Shown here: one piece after another, positions 18,670 to 26,403 of the stretch
Layout of the letters: each line of letters begins with the position of its first letter
Numbering within the stretch: the first letter of the stretch is position 1
Assembly (NCBI RefSeq): GCF_000025945.1
Contig: NC_006138.1
Location: 2,880,001 to 2,912,000 of the forward strand
DNA from: Desulfotalea psychrophila LSv54
Lineage (GTDB): Bacteria; Desulfobacterota; Desulfobulbia; Desulfobulbales; Desulfocapsaceae
DNA length: 32,000 nucleotides
Direction of reading: 5' to 3'
Notes under the pieces: model-generated
The model's database searches: none
Told to the model about the DNA's origin: nothing
The model's input: the letters and a program-made list of their open reading frames with translations, nothing else
Program-made: the position numbers and the translations under genes

Positions 18670-18709
18670 TCCGGCTGGTAGCAGGGGTTTCGAACCGCTG
18701 CCAGCCGGA
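18670..18709. terminator. Strong hairpin between convergent genes (candidate bidirectional terminator)
   Basis: TCCGGCTGGTAGC (18670-18682) pairs with GCTGCCAGCCGGA (18697-18709): 13 bp including one G-U, with a 14-nt loop. There is no clear U-tract on either strand. Confidence 0.5.
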
Positions 18710-18713
18710 AACA

Positions 18714-18920
18714 CTAGACGAAAAGGCCTGATCTCTGCACAAAGAAGCAGAGCAAGAAGCCCAAAACCATGGCCACAGCCCCCATAGTACGCAGATGCCG
18801 AGGCTCCATCTCACTGAGCTTCACCAACCACTCCTGCATGGCAACCGGGGAAGCAACATAGGGAAGTCCTTCCAAAATAAGCACCATGCCAATCAGTAAC
18901 AATAAGAGCTTCATACCCAC
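18714..18920 (-). CDS. DUF2065 (YjeT-like) small membrane protein
   Basis: 68 aa with two hydrophobic helices. The LILEGLPY ... MGAVAMVLGFLL pattern resembles E. coli YjeT as I recall it. Confidence 0.65.
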   Translation of the reverse strand: MGMKLLLLLIGMVLILEGLPYVASPVAMQEWLVKLSEMEPRHLRTMGAVAMVLGFLLCFFVQRSGLFV

Positions 18921-18944
18921 CTTAATGTGTTAAACGGCAACAGA

Positions 18945-19163
18945 TCACTGTTGCTCTTTTTTCTTCTGAGCCTTCAACCAACCACGGCGCACAAAATATT
19001 GCTGGCCACTATCCTGCCAACGCTCACAACTCTCTTCCAGACCCTTGGTCGGTAATTCGACCAGAGTTGCCCTATCTATCCTGCATTTACCATGGGACGT
19101 ATCTAACAGTCTCAAATACTTACACCGTAAACAATTTTTCTCTATCCTATCTCGATCAAACAT
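18945..19163 (-). CDS. Hypothetical small basic protein with four Cys residues (72 aa)
   Basis: The track ORF (to 19226) overlaps the bioD 3' end. The internal ATG at 19163 is preceded by GAGGAG at 5 nt and gives MFDRDRIEKNCLRCKYL...GKCRID...ESCERW...KAQKKKEQQ. I recognise no family. Confidence 0.45.
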   Translation of the reverse strand: MFDRDRIEKNCLRCKYLRLLDTSHGKCRIDRATLVELPTKGLEESCERWQDSGQQYFVRRGWLKAQKKKEQQ

Positions 19164-19185
19164 GTCTGCTCCTCTGGATAACGCC

Positions 19186-19857
19186 TTAGAAAATAGCTGA
19201 AAAATCAACCTGACCGATACCGGCATCGGCTACGATATCCACCAGAGGCGCAGAAAAGCCATATTTCTTCATGCTCTCTGCTATTAGCTGGCGAGAATCA
19301 TTGCCAATCTCTCTATCCACTTCACCATAACGATTATAGATCATCCCCGCAAGCGTCCCACCTCTCTGCTGAAGAACTTCGAGCAGACAGAGACTATGAT
19401 GCAGGGAACCCAAGCGCGAACTGGTGACCACAAGTAGGGGAAGCTTATGCGCCAGGACATAATCAAGACTCGAGACCTCTCGAGTTACGGGAGCACAGAG
19501 CCCTCCCGCACCTTCGACCAAAACAGTTTGATAGGAGCGGGCAAGCTGATCAATATTTTCTGAGATAAGGTCGAGATCCATCACCACTCCCTCTTGTGCC
19601 GCAGCCAAATGGGGGGAGCAGGGTTTTTTAAAGACATAGCTACAGGTTCTGCCATCCCTATCTTCGGCAAGGGGATCGATCCCCATGATTTGCCGATGGG
19701 CCAGAATATCCTCACTGATCCCTACGCAACCTGTTTGCACCAGCTTAGAGGTAATCACCGAACGGCCATGCTCGGCAAGCCAGGCAGCCATCAGCCCCGT
19801 ACAAAAAGTTTTACCTATATCCGTGTCTATTCCTGTGACAAAATATACCCCTGCCAT
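19186..19857 (-). CDS. bioD: Dethiobiotin synthetase
   Basis: 223 aa. The N-terminal P-loop YFVTGIDTDIGKT matches the BioD signature (E. coli YFVTGTDTEVGKT). Confidence 0.9.
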   Translation of the reverse strand: MAGVYFVTGIDTDIGKTFCTGLMAAWLAEHGRSVITSKLVQTGCVGISEDILAHRQIMGIDPLAEDRDGRTCSYVFKKPCSPHLAAAQEGVVMDLDLISENIDQLARSYQTVLVEGAGGLCAPVTREVSSLDYVLAHKLPLLVVTSSRLGSLHHSLCLLEVLQQRGGTLAGMIYNRYGEVDREIGNDSRQLIAESMKKYGFSAPLVDIVADAGIGQVDFSAIF

Positions 19858-19885
19858 TATTTCCAGCCCTCCTCAAAAAAATTAT

Positions 19886-20644
19886 CTATACCCTGGTCGC
19901 TACGACAAAGATATTGCTATAGGTTACAGGCAGTCCCCTCTTACAGCCATAGCGGTCGCGGTAATCACGTTCAAACTGACGCAGGGTTCCCACCGTAAGC
20001 TGTGGCCCGGGAGCAGCACCAACACCCGTTTGACGAATATGCCTGAGAATTGCCCAGACAGATGGGAAGAAGAGCTTGGACTGCCTCTCCTCCAGATGAT
20101 CAATGCGCAGATGGGGCGACAACATATCCGCCAGCTTTACCGGCGAACAGTAATCAAGACCACGCCCCGTCAACTCCCTCACCTCGGCCATGGTACCCTG
20201 ACCGCAGAGGGCAATGGCAAGCCTCCCTCCCGGTAGCAAGCACTCTCCTATTCGGCGAAAAAAACCTTCCAGATCAGTGAACCACTGCAGACAGGAGGAG
20301 GATATACAGAGATCAATATTTTTCGGTAGCACCAGTCTCTCGCCATCACCGGGCAAAGGAATAAGGTGGGCAACGGCCGGCGACACCCGCCTGCTGGCCT
20401 TCTGACAGAGAGCCTCGGAAAGATCGTTGAGATAGAGTGTCTCCGGTGGGCAGACAGAGGTATATTGCTCGGTGAGAATCCCGGTGCCACAGCCTATCTC
20501 CAGCACCCTTGCAGGAAAGGGCCTTCCTCCCTCTGTCACTAACCGAACAAGGTGGTGAGCAGCATCCCTTTGCACCAGAGCCTGTTGATCATAGCTTTCG
20601 GCACTCTCGGCAAAGCAACGTGCAACTTTTTTCTTATCAATCAT
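19886..20644 (-). CDS. bioC: Malonyl-ACP O-methyltransferase
   Basis: 252 aa. The N-terminus (FAESAESYDQQALVQRDAA) resembles E. coli BioC (FGRAAAHYEQHADLQR). SAM motif VLEIGCGTGILT is present. It lies inside the bio operon. Confidence 0.85.
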   Translation of the reverse strand: MIDKKKVARCFAESAESYDQQALVQRDAAHHLVRLVTEGGRPFPARVLEIGCGTGILTEQYTSVCPPETLYLNDLSEALCQKASRRVSPAVAHLIPLPGDGERLVLPKNIDLCISSSCLQWFTDLEGFFRRIGECLLPGGRLAIALCGQGTMAEVRELTGRGLDYCSPVKLADMLSPHLRIDHLEERQSKLFFPSVWAILRHIRQTGVGAAPGPQLTVGTLRQFERDYRDRYGCKRGLPVTYSNIFVVATRV

Positions 20645-21333
20645 AGCGTATTTTTTTTATTGGCAGACCTTCGACAAAAATCCAGACAGCCGCCTAAATC
20701 CCGCCACAGATAGAAGGGAAAGTGGGGACCGGGAACAGAAACTATGGGGGTCTGTTGCCAAAACATCTCCTGATTGCGGGCCAGGATAACCATATCAGCC
20801 TTACTGACCAGGGCCATCTGGTAGAGCGAATCTCCCTCGGGCAGAGCAACCACCTCCTGATAAAAGTGGGCCAACTCCTCATGCAGACCAGCCAGATCAC
20901 GCCGAGGCGCATCTGCCATAAAACGGCTCAGCTCCCGGCGACACATCTTCTTATTAAAAAGTTCCAGCACCTGGGGCGAAAAATCATCCACCATCCCCTT
21001 AAAGACCTGAGGATCAATGCCATGCACAGCATCTATCGGGGCCAGGGTGCCATTTATCGCCACAGAAAAGTCCACCTTGGCCAGCAGATCCTCTCTTGCC
21101 GCCAGCAAACGCTGGGCAACCCAAACCCCCATGGACCAAGCAAGGAGATGAAGGGAGGAGTATTCTGCCATGATAGCCAGTATCTCCTCGGACTGCCACG
21201 ACCTATAGTCAAAGACAATGAGCACATCCCGCTCTGGGGGAAGCAGGGAGAGAAAGGGATGCTGGTCCATTCCCCAACCAGCAAAGAGCACCAGCAGAGA
21301 GGAGCTCTCCTCCCTCTTCAAATAAAACCTCAT
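20641..21333 (-). CDS. bioG: Pimeloyl-ACP methyl ester esterase, DUF452 / BioG type
   Basis: 230 aa. LLVLFAGWGMD near the N-terminus and the nucleophile elbow AWSMGVW are as I recall for BioG/DUF452. It sits between bioF and bioC with ATGA-type 4-nt overlaps on both sides. Confidence 0.65.
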   Translation of the reverse strand: MRFYLKREESSSLLVLFAGWGMDQHPFLSLLPPERDVLIVFDYRSWQSEEILAIMAEYSSLHLLAWSMGVWVAQRLLAAREDLLAKVDFSVAINGTLAPIDAVHGIDPQVFKGMVDDFSPQVLELFNKKMCRRELSRFMADAPRRDLAGLHEELAHFYQEVVALPEGDSLYQMALVSKADMVILARNQEMFWQQTPIVSVPGPHFPFYLWRDLGGCLDFCRRSANKKNTL

Positions 21334-22499
21334 AGTATCTCCTGCAGAGCTGGCACAAGCCCCGCCAAATCCTGCCAGCTCATATTGGCTGAGAGGGAGA
21401 TGCGAAACCTTGAGGTATTTACCGGCACCGTTGGCGGTCGTATGGGCAGAAGGAAAAAACCGCGTTCCTCCATGGCCCCGGCCAGGGCAAGAGTCCGGAC
21501 ATCATCTCCTATAATAAGGGGGATAATATTAGTCGCACCGGCGGTGAGAAATCCTGCCTCTTTTATATCCCGACGAAGCCTCGCCGCTATCAGTTGCAGA
21601 TGTGCTCTCTTCTCCCCAAGGGTCAAACTCTGCCTAAAGACAAAGAGATTCCAGGCGATCTGTACAGGTGGTTGAGCGGTGGTGAAGATAAGGGAGCGGC
21701 TGTGATTAAGGAGATAATCTCGAATCTCGGCCAGGCAGACCACATAGGCGCCCACCGAGGCCCAGGCCTTACCAAAGGTCCCGACCAAAATATCCACCTG
21801 AGCAAGTAGACCCAACTCCTCGGCCTTACCAAGCCCTTGGGCACCATAGAGCCCCACGGCATGGGCCTCATCGAGATAGAGATAACAATTAAACTCCTCT
21901 TTCAGGGCGACAAGATGAGCGATATCAGCAACGTCACCATCCATGCTAAAGACAGATTCACTGACAATAAATACCCGGCGATAGTCAGCCCGCATTCGCT
22001 CAAGCAGGGAGCGTAGCTGGCCATAATCACCATGGGCAAAGCGTTTATGGGTGGCACGACAGAGGGTCAGACCATCATGAATGGAGGCGTGGTTCAACTT
22101 ATCCGAGAGAATAAGATCATCCCGACCGGCAAGGGTTGGTAAGATGCCAATATTAGCATGATAGCCGGAATTAAAGAGCAGGGCGGATTCAGCACCATGG
22201 GCCCTGGCAATCTCATCCTCCAGAGTATGAGCCAAGGGGCTGTCACCTGAGAGCAGGCGAGAGGAGGTCGAGGCAAGGCCGTATCTCCCCAAAAATCCCG
22301 CCTCATCCTGAACACCCGCATAGAACCTCTGTTGAAGTGCCACATCAGCGCCAAGGCCCAGATAGTCATTGGAACAGAGGTTCAATAGGCTTCTGCCATT
22401 TTTTTGTACAGAGCAACCAGACTGACGGACAAGGGGGCTGAGAGATCTGAGCCGACCTCTCGCTTCAAGCTGATCGAGTTCTTGACGAAATCCCATCAA
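21330..22499 (-). CDS. bioF: 8-amino-7-oxononanoate synthase
   Basis: 389 aa alpha-oxoamine synthase with NDYLGL, DEAHAVG and the PLP-Lys motif GTFGKA. Confidence 0.9.
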   Translation of the reverse strand: MMGFRQELDQLEARGRLRSLSPLVRQSGCSVQKNGRSLLNLCSNDYLGLGADVALQQRFYAGVQDEAGFLGRYGLASTSSRLLSGDSPLAHTLEDEIARAHGAESALLFNSGYHANIGILPTLAGRDDLILSDKLNHASIHDGLTLCRATHKRFAHGDYGQLRSLLERMRADYRRVFIVSESVFSMDGDVADIAHLVALKEEFNCYLYLDEAHAVGLYGAQGLGKAEELGLLAQVDILVGTFGKAWASVGAYVVCLAEIRDYLLNHSRSLIFTTAQPPVQIAWNLFVFRQSLTLGEKRAHLQLIAARLRRDIKEAGFLTAGATNIIPLIIGDDVRTLALAGAMEERGFFLLPIRPPTVPVNTSRFRISLSANMSWQDLAGLVPALQEIL

Positions 22500-23803
22500 T
22501 AATCACCCGTGGCCAAAACCTTAAAAACAGCGGCCGTCAAAAAGGCCAACTCCTCTTTACTCATGATATAGGGGGGCATTAGATAGACCAGTCTGCCAAA
22601 GGGACGGACCCAAATTCCCGCCTCGACAAAGGCCGCTTGAATCTGAACCATACCCTGAGAGCTCAGGGGGGCGTGAAGCTCAACAACCCCTATGCCACCC
22701 AAAACCCGCACCTCCGCCACGCAGTCAAGATCCAGACAGGGAGCAAGCCCCTCCTCCAAGCCCTTGGCAAGGCCCTCTACCTGAGTCTGCCAATCGTTTT
22801 CAATAAGAAGCTGCAGGGATGCCTTGGCCACACTACAGGCCAGTGGATTGCCCATAAAGGTAGGGCCATGCATAAAGACACCCGGAGCTGCCGAGGAGAT
22901 AACCCGCCCCACCTCTTCGGTGGCAAGGGTGGCGGCAAAGCTCATGTAACCACCGGTGATGGCCTTACCAAGACAGAGGATATCGGGCTCGATTCCTGCG
23001 TGTTCACAGGCAAAGAGCTTGCCTGTTCGGCCAAAGCCCGTGGCAATTTCATCGGCAATAAGAAGAAGGCCGTATTCATCACAGAGGGCCCTTACCTCGC
23101 GCAGATACTGGGGATGATAAAAATACATCCCCCCTGCCCCCTGAACAATGGGTTCCAGAATAATGGCACAGATATTTTGCTGATTCTCCTCCACCAAGCG
23201 GCGCATCCCGACAAAGTCAGCCGCATCCCAACTGGCAAAAAAGGAGGTTGTGGGACGGTCAGCAAAAAAATACTCGGGAAGGACACCTGCATAGAGACCG
23301 TGCATACCATTTACCGGATCACAGACGGACATACCATGAAAGGTATCACCGTGATAACCACCACGAATGGTGACAAATCTCTTCTTTTGGGGCTGGCCAA
23401 GGGCATGCATATACTGCATGGCCATCTTCATGGCCACCTCAATGGCAACGGAGCCTGAATCGCAATAGAAAATACGGTTGAGGGATTTAGGCACCAGCTG
23501 CAGGAGGATCTTCCCCAGCTCCACCGCCGGTTCATGGGTCAAACCACCGAACATCACATGAGAAACCCGACTCACCTGCTCCACAAGAGCCCTATTGAGA
23601 ACAGGATTATTATAGCCATGAATCGCCGCCCACCATGATGACATGCCATCCACCAATTGCCGACCATCGGTCAAGGTCAGGGTAGAGGATGAGGCGGAGG
23701 CAACCGAATAGACAGGCAGGGGTTCTTCAATGGAGGTATAGGGATGCCAGAGATGGGTCTTATCAAAGTGAAGCAGATCTTGTGCACTCATACTATTTTT
23801 CAC
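22496..23803 (-). CDS. bioA: Adenosylmethionine-8-amino-7-oxononanoate aminotransferase
   Basis: 435 aa class III aminotransferase with HLWHPYT, SGSVAIEVAMKMA, ADEIATGFGRTGKLFACEH and LCLGKAITGG (PLP Lys). Confidence 0.9.
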   Translation of the reverse strand: MKNSMSAQDLLHFDKTHLWHPYTSIEEPLPVYSVASASSSTLTLTDGRQLVDGMSSWWAAIHGYNNPVLNRALVEQVSRVSHVMFGGLTHEPAVELGKILLQLVPKSLNRIFYCDSGSVAIEVAMKMAMQYMHALGQPQKKRFVTIRGGYHGDTFHGMSVCDPVNGMHGLYAGVLPEYFFADRPTTSFFASWDAADFVGMRRLVEENQQNICAIILEPIVQGAGGMYFYHPQYLREVRALCDEYGLLLIADEIATGFGRTGKLFACEHAGIEPDILCLGKAITGGYMSFAATLATEEVGRVISSAAPGVFMHGPTFMGNPLACSVAKASLQLLIENDWQTQVEGLAKGLEEGLAPCLDLDCVAEVRVLGGIGVVELHAPLSSQGMVQIQAAFVEAGIWVRPFGRLVYLMPPYIMSKEELAFLTAAVFKVLATGDY

Positions 23804-24803
23804 GGGAACCTATGCTAAAGCCAAGATTTAAAAACATATCGATATCTTTTTTAAGGCCATCACCTGAAGTGGTCAGGTAATCACCGACGATGGCACCATT
23901 TGCCCCGGCCAGAAAAAGTTTCTTCTGCTGGCCAGCCAAGAGATTACGTCCACCCGCTGTACGAACAATGGCCCTCGGGTTAATCAGGCGAAAAAGGGCA
24001 AAGGTAATGAGTATTTCTCTCTCCGTCAGGGCTGGCAGATCGGCAAATGGGGTATTGGCAATAGGATTGAGGATATTTAAAGGAATAGAGAGCACCTCCA
24101 GATCACGCAACTCAAAGGCCAGTTCAATTCGTTGTTCCATGCTCTCGCCAAGGCCAATGATACCTCCGGAGCAGACCTCAAGACCTGCCCGACGGGCATG
24201 CTCTATGGTCGCAACCTTATCCTGCCAGGTATGGCTGGTACAGACCTCTGAAAAAAAGCTGGCACTGGTCTCCAAATTACAATGGTAGCGCCTCACGCCC
24301 ATCTCGACGAGCATTTCTGCTGTCTCTGGCTCCAGAAGTCCCATGGAGGCACAGGGAGCAAGGGATGTCTCCTCACCCAATCGCCGATAGATTGAGGCCA
24401 CTTCTCTTAGAAAAGCAGGGCTAACCGCCCGACCCGCCGTTACCAGAGAAAAACGGGAAACACCGTACGCCTCATTTTGTTTGGCAAGCGCCAAGACATA
24501 ATCAGGGTCCACGAGGGCATAGGAGTCAACGCCCGTACTGTAATGGGAGGATTGGGCACAGAATTTACAATCTTCAGAGCATCTGCCCGAGCGGGCATTA
24601 ACAATAGAGCAGAGATCAATACTCTTGCCGTGGTGTAAGCTGCCCACCTGTCGGGCAAGAGCCAACAGACGATCAAGATCAGCTCTTGCACAATGAAGAG
24701 CAAGATCACAGGCCTCGGCAAAGAGGATCTTTCCACCCGATAATACTTTTTTTTCTATCCTGGATATCACGGCTTCACTTATAAGGAAAAGGCCCCTATA
24801 CAA
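23793..24803 (-). CDS. bioB: Biotin synthase (radical SAM)
   Basis: The CSEDCKFCAQS radical-SAM motif is present, and the overall length is typical. The track start at 24803 is a TTG lying in a hairpin loop. An in-frame GTG at 24770 (VISRIEKKVL...) would give a more typical N-terminal length. The start is therefore uncertain. Confidence 0.88.
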   Translation of the reverse strand: MYRGLFLISEAVISRIEKKVLSGGKILFAEACDLALHCARADLDRLLALARQVGSLHHGKSIDLCSIVNARSGRCSEDCKFCAQSSHYSTGVDSYALVDPDYVLALAKQNEAYGVSRFSLVTAGRAVSPAFLREVASIYRRLGEETSLAPCASMGLLEPETAEMLVEMGVRRYHCNLETSASFFSEVCTSHTWQDKVATIEHARRAGLEVCSGGIIGLGESMEQRIELAFELRDLEVLSIPLNILNPIANTPFADLPALTEREILITFALFRLINPRAIVRTAGGRNLLAGQQKKLFLAGANGAIVGDYLTTSGDGLKKDIDMFLNLGFSIGSREK

Positions 24804-24892
24804 GATAAGGGCCTGTCAAAAAATAACATGAACATCTTGCATCTCAGCTTCGAGCCATCTTATCCTGTAACAGCCCATAAGGGCCTGGTTTT

Positions 24893-25840
24893 TTATGCTT
24901 CAAGCTTTGCCAAACATGCCTGAAGGGTCTCAGGGCTATCAACCTGCAGGGATAAAACCTTGACTCCGCGAGGGACAATTTTACGCATCATGCCCTTAAG
25001 AACAGTCTTAGGCCCCACCTCAATAAAGGTATCAACCCCATCGGCAAGCATCTTTTCTATAATCTCACACCAGCGAACCCGAGAGGCAATTTGCGAGGCC
25101 ATCATACCCTTCATGATCTCTCCATCCTTCTCCTCTGCCGCTGAAACATTGAAAAGCACGGGCTGCACCGGAGTGGAAAATTTGATATCCGCCATAAAGG
25201 CAGAAAAATCGGGCACCGCATCGGCAACCAGTGGACTATGATTGCCTGAGCTGACGTTAAGGGCAATAACCTTGCCTCCAGCCTCGACAAGTGCCGGATC
25301 AACGGCATCGAGAGCTGCAACTGTACCGGAAATAACAATCTGTTGCGGAGTGTTGTGATTGGCAACGGTCACACAACCCTCTCCAACATAGGCATCAACA
25401 ATCTGCTCGATTGTACCAATATCAAGACCCAGTACAGCGCGCATCCCACCGGGATGAAGTTGCCCTTCACGATCCATCAAAGCGCCCCGCTTAGCAACAA
25501 GACGCAGGGTCTCTTCGGCACCAAGCACTCCGGCAGCATAGAGGGCTGCATATTCTCCCAGGCTGTGCCCGGCAAAATAGGCCACCTCGGCATCCGCCGG
25601 CAGGGCTGAGCGTAATGCCTGCCAACAAACCATATTGGTAGCGGTAATTGCCGGCTGTAAATTAACAGAACGGGTAAGCTCTTCCATCGGCCCCTCGACA
25701 CAGAGAGCTGTCAGTGGTAATTCACACACATCTTCTGCAAGCGCCATAAGAGCAGCACATTCAGGGTCGTTCTCAATAAAAGCCTGACTCATACCAATAT
25801 ACTGGGAGCCCTGACCGGGAAAAAGTACTGCTATCTTCAT
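24893..25840 (-). CDS. fabD: Malonyl CoA-ACP transacylase
   Basis: Motifs FPGQGSQ and GHSLGEY (active-site Ser). I prefer the ATG at 25840 (MKIAVLFPGQGSQ), which lies 8 nt after GAGGA, over the track start at 25897. The longer ORF would add a 19-aa non-homologous extension. Confidence 0.9.
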   Translation of the reverse strand: MKIAVLFPGQGSQYIGMSQAFIENDPECAALMALAEDVCELPLTALCVEGPMEELTRSVNLQPAITATNMVCWQALRSALPADAEVAYFAGHSLGEYAALYAAGVLGAEETLRLVAKRGALMDREGQLHPGGMRAVLGLDIGTIEQIVDAYVGEGCVTVANHNTPQQIVISGTVAALDAVDPALVEAGGKVIALNVSSGNHSPLVADAVPDFSAFMADIKFSTPVQPVLFNVSAAEEKDGEIMKGMMASQIASRVRWCEIIEKMLADGVDTFIEVGPKTVLKGMMRKIVPRGVKVLSLQVDSPETLQACLAKLEA

Positions 25841-25903
25841 ACAATTCATCCTCTTAGGAGAAATGGCAGGGTTGTCCTCACCGAAGGGCAAGGACAACTC
25901 TTC

Positions 25904-26401
25904 CTATTTCTGTTTTTTTTCTTTATTTCCAGCCAACAATGTCATCGTCATATAAAGGACGACACCAACACAAATAGCTGAATCTGCAACATTAAAAGCC
26001 GGCCAATGATAGCCGCCCACATAGACATCCAGAAAATCAACTACATATCCATAGGAGACTCTGTCAATAAGATTACCGAGGGCACCGCCGACAATACAGG
26101 CCAGCCCCACCATATGGAGAAAATGCTCTTTACGCAGGGTATAGGTATAAACCGTCAGACCCAGCACGGCACCCAGACCGATAAAAAGGAAAAAATAGTG
26201 CCGCCAGGGAGAATCCACATCGGCCAACATGCTAAAGGCGGCACCGGTGTTCACCACATAAACCAAATTAAAGAAGTCCGGAATTACCTCCCGAACCTCA
26301 TATAATTGGAAATTGTGAAGAATCCACAATTTTGTCAGCTGGTCACAGACTATGACCAGACAGACAATAAGGATATAAGAGCCAAAGTAAAGAATAGGCA
26401 C
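25904..26401 (-). CDS. lspA: Lipoprotein signal peptidase (signal peptidase II)
   Basis: 165 aa with four TM segments, the motifs NTGAAFS and FNVAD (catalytic Asp regions), and the classical position directly after ileS. Confidence 0.9.
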
Positions 26402-26403
26402 GA

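Noticed and set aside
18670-18709. A tRNA-like T-arm (GGTTCGAAA on the minus strand, followed by ..CTACCA) within the hairpin, as a possible island att-site remnant.
   Set aside because: The putative T-stem has a mismatch, the acceptor/CCA register does not fit, and there is no integrase or second copy in the window. A plain terminator hairpin between convergent genes explains it more simply.
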